DNA of 44,162 nucleotides from Spirochaetota bacterium (GTDB lineage Bacteria; Spirochaetota; UBA4802; UBA5550): positions 1-44,162 of the forward strand of contig JBNKTL010000044.1 in NCBI GenBank assembly GCA_050298055.1, written 5' to 3'. This document shows positions 8,880-18,824 of this stretch, piece after piece (positions within the stretch are counted from its first letter, which is position 1; every line of letters starts with the position of its first letter). Under the pieces are notes generated by a model. That model did no database searches. It had not been told where the DNA came from and was given only the letters and a program-made list of their open reading frames with translations. Position numbers and translations under genes: made by a program.

Positions 8880-10130
8880 TTATTCCAGGCAATCCATAAA
8901 TTTCATCGGGTTACAACCGAACAACCTTGCAAAAGAATAGAGTATGTTTTTGAAAATGACCCTGAAAAAATTTCTTCTTTGTACGGGTAACCCGGTATCG
9001 GGATCACCGAAATATCTGTAGATTCTGGGCATCTGGATCAAAAAACTCTCATTAATGATCCCGGTCCCGGTAAAATCATTATAAAGATCCATCATGGCAT
9101 TGTTTAATATAATCCCGGCCCTTCTGTCATATGAACAAAAGATCCTGTTAAGAATTCTCTGTGTTATTTTATCATTCCAGGCTGATTTTGTCGGCTCATC
9201 TGCGGCAAAAATTCCCACAGCCTTTAAGTCTCTCTGCCATTTTTCGGCAAAAGAAACAAAAGGGGTTATATCTCCTGTATTGCAGGCAGCTGATATGACA
9301 AAAGGGAGTTTTAGATTATTATTCAGATTTTCTATATCCGGTATATTAAATGACTCATTGACCGGCGGGTCAGCGGAGAGAGTATCTTTTTTACCTGCAT
9401 TTATCCAGGCATGATCAATCCCATGCCCCAGGTATCTTACAATAAACGCACCTTCGTCGATTGACCGGGACAGGTCCGCTTTATCTGTTCCCGCTACGCG
9501 CCAGATCTCTCTTCGATCATCTCCATCTCCCAGAACACCCCCTTCCTGTCCGATTATGTCCCTGTCATTCTCCAGGCGGAGAACAGCTTTATAATGACTT
9601 AAGTCAATCTCTTTAAGGCACTGCCAGCCGGCATCTTCCCAGTAATAACAGTCCGTGGCATCCAGACCTCTCGGAATAAACCCGGTCATAATAATTTTCT
9701 TCAGGCATTCGTCCATTTCCTGATGAGGATAATTCATGAGCATTTCACAGATATTCTCCACTTCATCAGCATCATTGGTGCTGATCCTGCCGGTTGCCAG
9801 GAGAGGGACAACCTGGCTGTCTTCAAATATTGAGTAGTAACTGTCCGATTCATAATGCAAATCCCCCCATGCTAACGGATAACCGGGGATGGAATCATAA
9901 TCTCCAACCAGCAAAAGAAAACCCGGCCCGGCGGCTCCCGATTTATCTATCTGCCGACGCAGGAACTGGCGGAGAGAATCAGAGAAAGTGTCCGTGCCGG
10001 GACCGGCAGCCCGGACCTGGTCACAGGTCAGTAACTGGACCGAATATCCCTTTGACCGTTTTGTTGCAGCAAATTCGGCCAGTGAATCTTTCAGCCTGTC
10101 TGTTGTTATGATAAAATAATTTTCTCCCAT
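8880..10130 (-). CDS. peptidase C25 (gingipain-like, clan CD) protease
   Basis: YFIITT...KRSKGY, FLLLVGD...IP, SDSYY, GRIS, catalytic-type YLGHG and SAACNTG, YFGDP; AGGAGG RBS. Confidence 0.85.
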   Translation of the reverse strand: MGENYFIITTDRLKDSLAEFAATKRSKGYSVQLLTCDQVRAAGPGTDTFSDSLRQFLRRQIDKSGAAGPGFLLLVGDYDSIPGYPLAWGDLHYESDSYYSIFEDSQVVPLLATGRISTNDADEVENICEMLMNYPHQEMDECLKKIIMTGFIPRGLDATDCYYWEDAGWQCLKEIDLSHYKAVLRLENDRDIIGQEGGVLGDGDDRREIWRVAGTDKADLSRSIDEGAFIVRYLGHGIDHAWINAGKKDTLSADPPVNESFNIPDIENLNNNLKLPFVISAACNTGDITPFVSFAEKWQRDLKAVGIFAADEPTKSAWNDKITQRILNRIFCSYDRRAGIILNNAMMDLYNDFTGTGIINESFLIQMPRIYRYFGDPDTGLPVQRRNFFRVIFKNILYSFARLFGCNPMKFMDCLE

Positions 10131-10425
10131 AACAAACCTCCTTTCTCATTTTTTACCATTTATCTTCACTCCGAATACATTTCGGGAAAGTTCCGGTTTT
10201 TCTTTTATTAATCTGAGAGAGGCCCCGCTTCCCGGGATTCCCGGTCCTGAACCGGTACGCGGAAAAATCCTTTTTCTGACGGACCTGTTCAGATAAGATT
10301 TTTTTTCACAAAAAGTCAAGATTTTTCAGGAAGGATGTGTTTTTGTGATTTTTTTTATTGCGTTTATATATTATATTTGGAATTTTTTTTTGATATAAAA
10401 GCTTTTATTGAGAAAGGAGGTCATT

Positions 10426-10479
10426 ATGAAAATAAATTTAATTTTAAAATTGTTACACCCCATTATAATTATCAGTTAA
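10426..10479 (+). CDS. putative 17-aa peptide / uORF MKINLILKLLHPIIIIS
   Basis: AAGGAGG 5 nt upstream of the ATG; stop lies 7 nt before the next ATG. Confidence 0.35.
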   Translation: MKINLILKLLHPIIIIS

Positions 10480-10486
10480 TCCGAAA

Positions 10487-11248
10487 ATGCTTAAAGAAAT
10501 AAAAGTCGCACAGAAAGAAGAGGGTGTTTTCAGAAGGTGGTTCGAAGACAAGTACTTTGAGCTCATTGCCTGGTATGACCGGGAAGGAGGAAAAATTACC
10601 GGGTTTCAACTCTGTTATGACAGGTATGGAGATGAACACTCCTTAACCTGGTTTAAAGATAATGGTTTCCAACATAACAGGATAGACAGTGACCGAAACC
10701 TGCACAAACATCCGTCAACTCCGATCCTTGTTGAAGACGGCATTTTTCCTGCTGAAAAGATATTAATAAAATTTCTCGATTCATGCCATACAATCGATTT
10801 GGATATCTCTTCGTTTGTAATCGGTAAACTGCTTGAAACCGTTGAAAAATCATCATCAAAAATAAAGTTGAGAGAACTGCTCTCAAATATTATTGCAAAG
10901 TTAATGACTGACATAAACAGGCTTACAACTGAAAGAGATGATATAAAAAAGCATCTTTTAAAACCAATTGAAGATGAAAGGTCATTTCCTCATCCAGAAA
11001 TTGACATAATTGATGATAAATCAAATAAAACAAATAAAGAGGATAAAGATCTAAAAAAAATTGACAGAAGGCCCTCACTGACAAATAAAATTAAATCATT
11101 TTTTAACAGGTTGCTCGACAAAGATGAACCGTATTACGGAATAAAAACAAAATCTGAAGATTCTCTCCTGAGAAAAGAAAAAATTGACGGCCTGATGAAA
11201 AATGCAGAATTACTCTCAAAAAAAATTAATCGCAAGAAATTAAAATAG
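10487..11248 (+). CDS. hypothetical protein
   Basis: Globular-looking N-terminus (RRWFED..GFQLCYD..EHSLTW) plus Lys/Asp-rich C-terminal extension. Confidence 0.75.
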   Translation: MLKEIKVAQKEEGVFRRWFEDKYFELIAWYDREGGKITGFQLCYDRYGDEHSLTWFKDNGFQHNRIDSDRNLHKHPSTPILVEDGIFPAEKILIKFLDSCHTIDLDISSFVIGKLLETVEKSSSKIKLRELLSNIIAKLMTDINRLTTERDDIKKHLLKPIEDERSFPHPEIDIIDDKSNKTNKEDKDLKKIDRRPSLTNKIKSFFNRLLDKDEPYYGIKTKSEDSLLRKEKIDGLMKNAELLSKKINRKKLK

Positions 11249-11268
11249 CAGGCAGGATTCTGAATGTT

Positions 11269-11826
11269 ATGATGGATAATGTAATTGAAGTTTATTGCAG
11301 TCAGTGTGGCAGGAAAAACTCTCTTCCGGTAATAAATTCCTTTCAAGACACAACAATTGTCTGCTCTGAATGCGGTACATCCATTTACTGGTTCTCCTGT
11401 CCGCAGTGTGAAACCGGTTATTACGATATAAAATCAGATGCTTCCTGTCCCGAATGTGCTCCGGAAGCCGGAGCCCCCATAAGCAGGCATTCTCAACAAG
11501 GTCGGAAAAATATAAACCCGTTAAGGATTTTTTCCCGGCCCTGTCCATGGTGTTCCCATGATATATATTTCTTTTTTCTTTCAAAAAACCTGGTAAAGTG
11601 CCCCAAGTGCAAAAGATACAGCGGAATGACCGGTCTTATAAGAGGGGTAAGTATCGCCATTGTTTCTGTCATCTTAACGGCCTCCCTGGTGGATATTTTT
11701 CAACTTCGCAATCTCGCGGCGCAGTATATGGGAAAAGGGCCCGGGAAATTGGTACTGGCGGTAGTGGTCATTTCAGGTTTTCTCATGATACTCAGCAAAA
11801 CTATAAAACTGGAAAAGTTGAAATAG
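11269..11826 (+). CDS. multi-Zn-ribbon membrane protein
   Basis: Six CxxC motifs followed by two predicted TM segments. Confidence 0.75.
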   Translation: MMDNVIEVYCSQCGRKNSLPVINSFQDTTIVCSECGTSIYWFSCPQCETGYYDIKSDASCPECAPEAGAPISRHSQQGRKNINPLRIFSRPCPWCSHDIYFFFLSKNLVKCPKCKRYSGMTGLIRGVSIAIVSVILTASLVDIFQLRNLAAQYMGKGPGKLVLAVVVISGFLMILSKTIKLEKLK

Positions 11827-11951
11827 AAAACAATCATTCCGAAAAAGACTTTAACCAATGAAAAGAGGCCTGAACTTTTTTCTCATACCGCTTGCATCTT
11901 TAATCAGAAAAACAGTATAATACTTTAAGCAAAAAGATATTAGGAGTTCTT

Positions 11952-13733
11952 ATGAAAAGATTGGCAGTTGCGTTTCTGATATTTTTCCTCCCGGTTCTTC
12001 TTAACGTATCCTGCGGCAGCGGTTCGGGCAACAAGGGCAGCGGACTCCCCTCTGTTTATATTGATCCCGGTGCCCCGTCCGGTGGTGACGGAAGTGAAGC
12101 AACCCCCTACAACTCATGGTCACAGGTAAGTTTCACCGCCGGTTATGCCTACCGTCAGAAGCGGGGAACAGTTGCCCGGGAGACCCTTACCCTGAACAAC
12201 ATCACTGCCACCGCTGAAAACCCGGTTGTTATAAGCAATTACGGCTCCGGTTCACTCCCCGTGGTCCAGGGCTCCGAGACGGAAACAGGCTGGTCCCCTG
12301 AAAGCGGCAGCATCTACTCCCTCACTCCATCGGGGAGTGTTGAGGGACTGGGGATGGTGGCGGAAGACGGCACCGTGCTCACATCTGTGGCTTGGGACAC
12401 CGATGAGGCCACCACTTTGGCAAGCCTATCCGCAGGCTCCTTCTCCTTTGACCGCACAACGGGAAAAATCTATGCCTGGTGCAGCACGGGAACACCGGCG
12501 GACCATGTCATGGAGGTGAGCAGAAGGCTCCACGGCATCCACGGCAATTCTTCATCGTACATTACCATTGAAAACATCCATGTGCGCTATGTGAGCCTCC
12601 ACGGGATAGAGTTTTCCGACAGCAGCAACATCTCGGTGAAGAGCTGTACCGTGGAGAAGCTGGGAGGAGCATTCATCTTTTCCGCTCCCCCGGACATTTT
12701 CGCGGGGAACGGCATCGAGTTCGGGAACTCATCGAGCAACTGCCTGGTTGAGGAGACCACGGTAAGGGACATATTCGATTCGGGAATATCCCCCCAGACA
12801 TATGAAAGCAACCAGTCCGCTTCAAACTTCACCTTCAGGAACAATACCATTTCCCGCTGCGGGTACGCAGGGATCGAGGTATCGGTACTCTACGTATCGG
12901 GGAATACCGACAGCAGCATCGACGGTGTAAGCATAAGCGGCACTGCTATCAGTGAATCGGGTAATGGGTGGAGCGGCATCCGCTACGGCAACAAGGGCGT
13001 GGGGATCATCATCGATGCCAACAGCTCATCCCTAGACGGGAACATGACCAGGACCATCAGCAATGTATCAATATCTGACACTACTGTCAACAGCGCGGAA
13101 GGGGAAGGGATCTACCTTACGGGAAATTCCGGCACTGTCACCATACGAAGAACTCTCGTCACCGGATGTGACAGACACGGGATCTATGCAGTTGATGCGG
13201 GAAACTCAGACCTGGTCCTTGACCTGGCTGTATCCATCATTAAAGAAAACGGAACGATTTCGGGGGGATACAGCGGCATTGCCTTCAACGCCCCCAATGC
13301 GGCTGGTTACACTATCGTACATAACACCATCTCGGGCAACAGCGACTACAACATGTATCTTACCGGGGCAACCGGTTCAACGGACCTCACCAACAATATA
13401 TTCAATTCGGTTGTGGCGGCACACCTGGTTGTTGCCGGCGCACTAACATCAGGATCATATATTTCGGGGAACTGTTTCCGGGAATACGGATTCGATACCC
13501 TGAACTACCTGGGAACACCCTACGGAACCGCGGCAGACATGGATACAGGTGTAACAGAATCCCAGTACAACACAGGTGATAGCGACCTCCTTCTCAATGC
13601 GGACCTGACACTCCAGGGAACAGGGTCCCCCTGCTACACCTCAGGTGTGACCGGTACCGGTATCACCACAGATTATACGGGGAGCAGCTACAGGACATCT
13701 CCCAGTTCCGGGGCGTATGAGTACTACCCGTGA
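11952..13733 (+). CDS. lipoprotein with right-handed parallel beta-helix repeats
   Basis: Signal peptide ending LNVSC; YIDP..GDGS..TPY start motif; recurring HGI/GIE/GIY beta-helix units; SSGAYEY tail. Confidence 0.8.
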   Translation: MKRLAVAFLIFFLPVLLNVSCGSGSGNKGSGLPSVYIDPGAPSGGDGSEATPYNSWSQVSFTAGYAYRQKRGTVARETLTLNNITATAENPVVISNYGSGSLPVVQGSETETGWSPESGSIYSLTPSGSVEGLGMVAEDGTVLTSVAWDTDEATTLASLSAGSFSFDRTTGKIYAWCSTGTPADHVMEVSRRLHGIHGNSSSYITIENIHVRYVSLHGIEFSDSSNISVKSCTVEKLGGAFIFSAPPDIFAGNGIEFGNSSSNCLVEETTVRDIFDSGISPQTYESNQSASNFTFRNNTISRCGYAGIEVSVLYVSGNTDSSIDGVSISGTAISESGNGWSGIRYGNKGVGIIIDANSSSLDGNMTRTISNVSISDTTVNSAEGEGIYLTGNSGTVTIRRTLVTGCDRHGIYAVDAGNSDLVLDLAVSIIKENGTISGGYSGIAFNAPNAAGYTIVHNTISGNSDYNMYLTGATGSTDLTNNIFNSVVAAHLVVAGALTSGSYISGNCFREYGFDTLNYLGTPYGTAADMDTGVTESQYNTGDSDLLLNADLTLQGTGSPCYTSGVTGTGITTDYTGSSYRTSPSSGAYEYYP

Positions 13734-13953
13734 TCTTCAGTATGGTCTTACGGCTATAAGGAAAAGAAGACATCTTTTTATAATAGGCACCCCTCCCATT
13801 AATTTCTCTGAGAACTAATCAGCTTTTGTTTTTGACATTTCTCAAAAAAAATTCTATACTCAGGGCATGATACACTGTTTCTCCCGGAGTATTTTCCTCC
13901 GGGGGGAACCGGTGAAATTCGTATTAAGAAAAATACTGAAAGGAGAAAAGACC

Positions 13954-14388
13954 ATGAAAAAATATTCTCTTCTTTTTTCTATTTTCCTTCTTCCCGTTAT
14001 TTTATCATTGAGCAGCTGCTTTAACGATAACAGTGATACAGGCCCTTCAGCGGGAACAGTCACCGTGACCTTAACAGGCGCATCTGCCCACAACGGCAAG
14101 ACCTTTTATTTTTCTCTCTTTTCACAATCAGACCTGTTTAATTCCCAGGGGTTCGGCTCATTTATTATAAATGCCAGCGGGGGCTCAGGTGTCATCCAGA
14201 GCGGAGGCTCCGATCTCTCTTTGTCCGGGGGGACCTACTACCTGACCTGTTTTATTGATGAAGACGGGAATGCAGATCCCGGTGATCCGGCTGTAGAGAC
14301 AGGTGATGATTATTATTTTAATTACGCAACCGTTAATGGCAATACAACCGTGGATTTAACGTATCCTGATGATTTTACAATAGAATAA
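13954..14388 (+). CDS. putative lipoprotein
   Basis: AGGAG RBS before the ATG at 13954; lipobox LSSC; DEDGN Ca-binding-like loop. Confidence 0.75.
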   Translation: MKKYSLLFSIFLLPVILSLSSCFNDNSDTGPSAGTVTVTLTGASAHNGKTFYFSLFSQSDLFNSQGFGSFIINASGGSGVIQSGGSDLSLSGGTYYLTCFIDEDGNADPGDPAVETGDDYYFNYATVNGNTTVDLTYPDDFTIE

Positions 14389-14651
14389 ATCAGATATACG
14401 ACTTCACTTAATTTTACATTCCGGGCGAGGTGCTTTACCCCGAAGGGAGATAAACGGGGACTGCATAGAGGGCCAATTTCAGATATTTTCTTGACATATA
14501 GAGCATGAATGTGAATCTGAAAATTCCATTTTCCATTTCGCCGGAGTACTATGACCTCGGTATTTCTACAGGAATGAACTCAAAAAAGCAGAGTGATAGT
14601 GAAATCCTGTTGAATTCATTAAAAGGAATAAATCGCAGGGTAAGAATTTTC

Positions 14652-16013
14652 ATGGTTGATATTCCCAGGTATTCGGAACTTTTTAAAGAAGAGATCGATA
14701 CGCTCGAGATTGAGAGCGCGGACAGGAAACACTTTTATGCAAGGCTGGAAAAAGAGATCCCCGGTCCGGTTGACATTATCAAACTGATCACCCGTTATAA
14801 TATCCCCGAGCTCCTCTATTTCAAGGACAAGAACAGCCTCTACCAGTTCGGGGGCCTGGGAAACACCCTGATCATCAAGGCTGACACCCCGGGCAATGCT
14901 TTTCCCCGGATCGAAGAGATACTCTCACTGAACAAAAACCTCCGGCTTTTCGGGGGCTTCGGCTTTTCCAACTACCCGGTCATCTCCGACGAATGGCAGG
15001 GATTCAACAACTGCAGGTTTACCCTCCCCCTGGTTGAGATCCACAAAAGAAAAGAAAAATACTTCGTCATCCTCAACTACTACTGCAATGAGGAGAAGAA
15101 GATATCCGATATCAGGAATGAACTCAGGGAAAAACTCGAAGCCATCGACAGCGGCATCACGGAGAGCGCCCCTGACCACTGCTATCAACCGGAAAGTGAG
15201 ATCTTTGTGCCGGATAAGGAGAAATGGGCGGTGATGATAAACAGCGCACTGGAGAAGATAAACGCAGGTGAGATCGAAAAGATCGTCCTCTCCCGGAAAA
15301 AAGTGGTAAGAAACAGGTGTTACTGGGACCTCTACGCCATACTCAACAAGCTGAACCGTCTCCACGAAGAGTCTTTTCTCTTCTTCTATAAAATCGATGA
15401 CAACCTCGCCTTTACCGGCAGGTCCCCGGAGCGTCTCTTCAAGCTGAAGAAAAACGAACTCACCGTGGAGTCCATCGCCGGCACCCGCCCCCGGGGAAAA
15501 ACAGAAGAGGAGGACAAAAAACGGGAGGAAGAACTCCTCAATTCACCCAAGGAACTGGAAGAGCACAGGATCGTCTCCCGGTTCATCAGGGAGAGGATGG
15601 ACAGGTTCTGCAAAAACGTCGAGGTCAGGGAAAACGAAGTTATCCTGAAACTCCAGAACCTTCAGCATATCATGACACTCTACGCGGGAGAGGCAGATGA
15701 GAATATAAACCTCCTGGACCTCATAAATTCATTCCACCCCACACCTGCCGTGGGCGGACACCCCAAGGAATCCGTACAGCGGCTCATCCCGCAGCTTGAG
15801 CCCTTCCAGAGGGGCTGGTACGCGGCGCCCATAGGCTGGGTGAGAAAGGGAGAGGGAAATTTCGCCGTGGGGATCAGGTCGGCGCTGATAACCGGGAAAG
15901 ACCTTCATATCTTTGCCGGGGCGGGGATCGTCAGGCAGTCACGCCCCGATGACGAGTGGAACGAAACAGACAATAAAATGGATAATTTCCTCAAAGGGAT
16001 CGGGGAACTCTAA
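14652..16013 (+). CDS. menF: isochorismate synthase
   Basis: KIVLSR, SPERL, SIAGT, KELEEH, QH, HPTPAVGG, RGWYA, IRSA, AGAGIV; stop overlaps the menD start. The start could be as far up as 14505. Confidence 0.9.
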   Translation: MVDIPRYSELFKEEIDTLEIESADRKHFYARLEKEIPGPVDIIKLITRYNIPELLYFKDKNSLYQFGGLGNTLIIKADTPGNAFPRIEEILSLNKNLRLFGGFGFSNYPVISDEWQGFNNCRFTLPLVEIHKRKEKYFVILNYYCNEEKKISDIRNELREKLEAIDSGITESAPDHCYQPESEIFVPDKEKWAVMINSALEKINAGEIEKIVLSRKKVVRNRCYWDLYAILNKLNRLHEESFLFFYKIDDNLAFTGRSPERLFKLKKNELTVESIAGTRPRGKTEEEDKKREEELLNSPKELEEHRIVSRFIRERMDRFCKNVEVRENEVILKLQNLQHIMTLYAGEADENINLLDLINSFHPTPAVGGHPKESVQRLIPQLEPFQRGWYAAPIGWVRKGEGNFAVGIRSALITGKDLHIFAGAGIVRQSRPDDEWNETDNKMDNFLKGIGEL

Positions 16014-17752
16014 TGGATGAAAATATTCTCCTCCAGAACATAAACGTCCTCTGGGCCTCTCTCATAACGGACCAGCTTGTACGCTGCGGGATCAGGAGGT
16101 TCTATCTCTCACCGGGGAACAGGAACGCCCCCTTCCTCAGCGCCCTGGCCAATAACAGCCATGCGGAAAAATATATCTGTATCGACGAGAGGGGGGCGGG
16201 ATACAGGGGACTCGGCCACGCAAAGGCTTCCGGGAAACCGGCGGTCCTGGTCTGCACCTCGGGGACAGCGCTCTCAAACTACTACCCGGCGGTGATCGAG
16301 GCATACAGGGACAATCTTCCCCTTATCGTGCTCAGCTCCGACAGGCCCCCGGAACTTACGGGGAGCGACGCCAACCAGACCATAGACCAGGAGAAGATAT
16401 TCGGAAGATACACCCGGTGGGACTTAAGCCTCCCTCCTCCCTCGGAGGAATACCCGGTTAAGTCCCTCCTTTCGGAGATAAGCAGGCTGGCAACATGCGG
16501 GAGGCCGGTCCATCTGAACTGTCGGTTCAGGGACCCCCTGGTCCCCCTTGAGAAGAGGGACTATTCGGACAACTATCTCCGGGAAATAAAAAAACTTCTC
16601 TTACGGGAGGGGGCCCATACCCGTTACCGGACCTTCCCGCCGGAACCGGATGAAAGCTCCCTTGATGAAATCCGGAGTATTATGGAAAAGACCGAAAGGG
16701 GCCTGCTGGTTTTCGGAAGGATGAAATATTCCGGTGAGAAAAACGCGTTTTCTGAATTCGCCGAAAAACTCAACTGGCCGGTCTTTGCGGATATCGGCTC
16801 ATCCCTCAAGACACTGCTTCCTCCGGATATCTCCCTCTATGACATGGACCATCCCGAGACCCTGAGACTTATCAATGAATACGGGCCCGATACCATCCTT
16901 CACCTGGGGCAGGGACTTGTCTCCAAACACTTTTATGAAAACATTCTCCTGAACAACGACTCGGTCTATGTCCAGGTGAACGGCAGCAGGGAGATGCAGG
17001 ACCCGGTCCACAGGGTAAATATAAAACTTGTGACCGATCCCGTAATCTTTGCCGAAAAGATCTGCATCACTAAGCTCCGGCGCGGGGAGGCGGCAAAAAA
17101 ACTTCTGGCGGACCTGCGGCGCCTGGACAGGGAACTGGAAGCCGTGGCGGAGAACGGGCCCCTCAACCACACGAAGATCGCCTCCCTGATCACCGAACAT
17201 TCACCGGAGGGATGGGGGATCTTTACGGGGAACTCACTCCCGGTGAGGAGCTTCGACAGGAATGTTTATAACGGGGAAAGGGACCTTACCTTTATCATGA
17301 ACCGGGGAGTCAGCGGCATTGAAGGAAATATGGCAACGGCCCTGGGGTTCTCAGAAACAGCGGGGACACCGGTCACTGCCGTCATAGGGGACATCTCCTT
17401 TCTCCACGACATGAACTCCCTCACCCAGCTCGCGGATACCGGCGGGAACCTTCTCCTTGTCGTCATCAACAACGGCGGGGGGCGGATATTCGAACGGCTC
17501 CCGGTGGTGAACTTTCCCGGGGTGATCTATCCCTACTCTGCCACTCCCCATGAGATGGATTTTTCGCAAATCGCCGGGCAGTTCGGCGTCCCCTACACCT
17601 CAGTCTCCACTGCGGAAGAACTTGAGAGGGCGTACAGAGCTGCTACGGAGGAAATTTCATCCAATAAAAAAAGGCACCACTTTATTGAGATAAGGCTCTC
17701 ACCGGAAGACGATCTTGAAGTACATACAAAGAGAAACGGGGTGAGGCTGTAA
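16013..17752 (+). CDS. menD: SEPHCHC synthase (ThDP-dependent)
   Basis: SPGNRNAP, DERGAG, CTSGTA..N, DRPPEL, NRGVSGIEG, GDISFLHD...NNGGG ThDP motif. Confidence 0.95.
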   Translation: MDENILLQNINVLWASLITDQLVRCGIRRFYLSPGNRNAPFLSALANNSHAEKYICIDERGAGYRGLGHAKASGKPAVLVCTSGTALSNYYPAVIEAYRDNLPLIVLSSDRPPELTGSDANQTIDQEKIFGRYTRWDLSLPPPSEEYPVKSLLSEISRLATCGRPVHLNCRFRDPLVPLEKRDYSDNYLREIKKLLLREGAHTRYRTFPPEPDESSLDEIRSIMEKTERGLLVFGRMKYSGEKNAFSEFAEKLNWPVFADIGSSLKTLLPPDISLYDMDHPETLRLINEYGPDTILHLGQGLVSKHFYENILLNNDSVYVQVNGSREMQDPVHRVNIKLVTDPVIFAEKICITKLRRGEAAKKLLADLRRLDRELEAVAENGPLNHTKIASLITEHSPEGWGIFTGNSLPVRSFDRNVYNGERDLTFIMNRGVSGIEGNMATALGFSETAGTPVTAVIGDISFLHDMNSLTQLADTGGNLLLVVINNGGGRIFERLPVVNFPGVIYPYSATPHEMDFSQIAGQFGVPYTSVSTAEELERAYRAATEEISSNKKRHHFIEIRLSPEDDLEVHTKRNGVRL

Positions 17753-17921
17753 AAAACCTTACTGTCTCGTTTTTAATCATGGAATAGCTTCAATGAAATT
17801 ATTCTATCTCATTAAATACCAGTGCTGAGCCCGCGTGATTTTGCACCAATAAGATTCTCTTAATAGTTGTACACCAGCAGTTAACCAACCATGATTAGTT
17901 AAAAATCGCGCAGTCGAAGTA

Positions 17922-18353
17922 TTAGATAGTCTCTGGAATTATAACAGGTATTATTTTTCTTTTATCTTTTCGATAAATTTTAAAATCACTGTCTAATGTA
18001 CAAATTGCACTATTTGCTATTTGCTCACTCATTCTCACCAGGCATGCATCAGCCAGAGACATGGGAATATTATTATATTTATTTATTAAGCGGGCAATAA
18101 TTGTTAATTCTGATACAAGCTTGAATTGTATTGCTATTAATTTTCTTTCAATGAGGCGAAAGATGTTTTGCGGGCCATTTTCCGTATTTCTTAAGAGAAA
18201 ACAGACTTCAGATATAACTGACTCACAGGTAAAGAATGGCGGATTGAGATGAGAAAATTGGGAAAGCGTCCATTTGTGATATTTATCTTTTTTGTTGAGA
18301 AATGCAACTAAAGGGCCGGTATCAATTATTATTTTTTTGTCTTTATTTACCAT
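17922..18353 (-). CDS. vapC: PIN-domain toxin (VapC family)
   Basis: IIDTGPLVA, VISEV, SLADA, TLDSDF acidic PIN motifs; AT-rich. Confidence 0.9.
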   Translation of the reverse strand: MVNKDKKIIIDTGPLVAFLNKKDKYHKWTLSQFSHLNPPFFTCESVISEVCFLLRNTENGPQNIFRLIERKLIAIQFKLVSELTIIARLINKYNNIPMSLADACLVRMSEQIANSAICTLDSDFKIYRKDKRKIIPVIIPETI

Positions 18354-18582
18354 ATTCTTTTAAGTATTTCTTATCTGTTGAAAGGCCTGATTTCTCATCA
18401 ACACTGCCGGCAAGGTCCATCGCTAAATCCATAAATGTACCTTTGTTTATAACATCATCCTTATCAAGATATTCGATCAGCGCGTTTCTCACAATTTCAG
18501 ATTTGCTCATGCCTTTTTTTTGAGAGAAATTTTTCAACTTTTTCCTGAGAACATCAGGAATTTTCAAAGTCATTGTATCCAC
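18343..18582 (-). CDS. ribbon-helix-helix (CopG-like) antitoxin
   Basis: TMTLKIP...SKSEIVRNAL RHH signature; overlaps the PIN toxin start. Confidence 0.85.
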   Translation of the reverse strand: MDTMTLKIPDVLRKKLKNFSQKKGMSKSEIVRNALIEYLDKDDVINKGTFMDLAMDLAGSVDEKSGLSTDKKYLKEYGK

Positions 18583-18593
18583 TCTTTCACCTC

Positions 18594-18640
18594 GTATTAC
18601 TTATCTGACATTAATGTAATACATACTATTGAAATGTCAA
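18594..18640 (-). promoter_or_regulatory. putative sigma70 promoter and autoregulatory operator of the vapBC module
   Basis: Minus strand TTGACA(18640-18635)-16nt-TACATT(18618-18613); inverted repeat GTATTAC (18594-18600) / GTAATAC (18616-18622) overlaps the -10. Confidence 0.55.
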
Positions 18641-18685
18641 TAATTTTTATTATGGTATAACAAATCTATTCCCAACAAATAATAT

Positions 18686-18710
18686 GGATTCCCGTTTTCA
18701 CGGGAATGAC
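18686..18710. repeat. REP-like hairpin GGATTCCCGTTTTCACGGGAATGAC
   Basis: Stem ATTCCCGT/ACGGGAAT with a 4-nt loop, ending in ATGAC; resembles the ATTCCC-N8-GGGAAT form of Neisseria dRS3. Confidence 0.65.
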
Positions 18711-18730
18711 AAATCACAATCTTTAAAACC

Positions 18731-18760
18731 ATCCGCGTAAATCTGCGTTCATCTGCGGCC
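18731..18760. repeat. 10-bp tandem repeat x3
   Basis: atccgcgtaa/atctgcgttc/atctgcggcc. Confidence 0.6.
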
Positions 18761-18824
18761 CCAGAACTCTTCCACTTTAAGTCGCAATAAATAACTCGAA
18801 ACTGCTTTCAACCCGGAACTTCTT

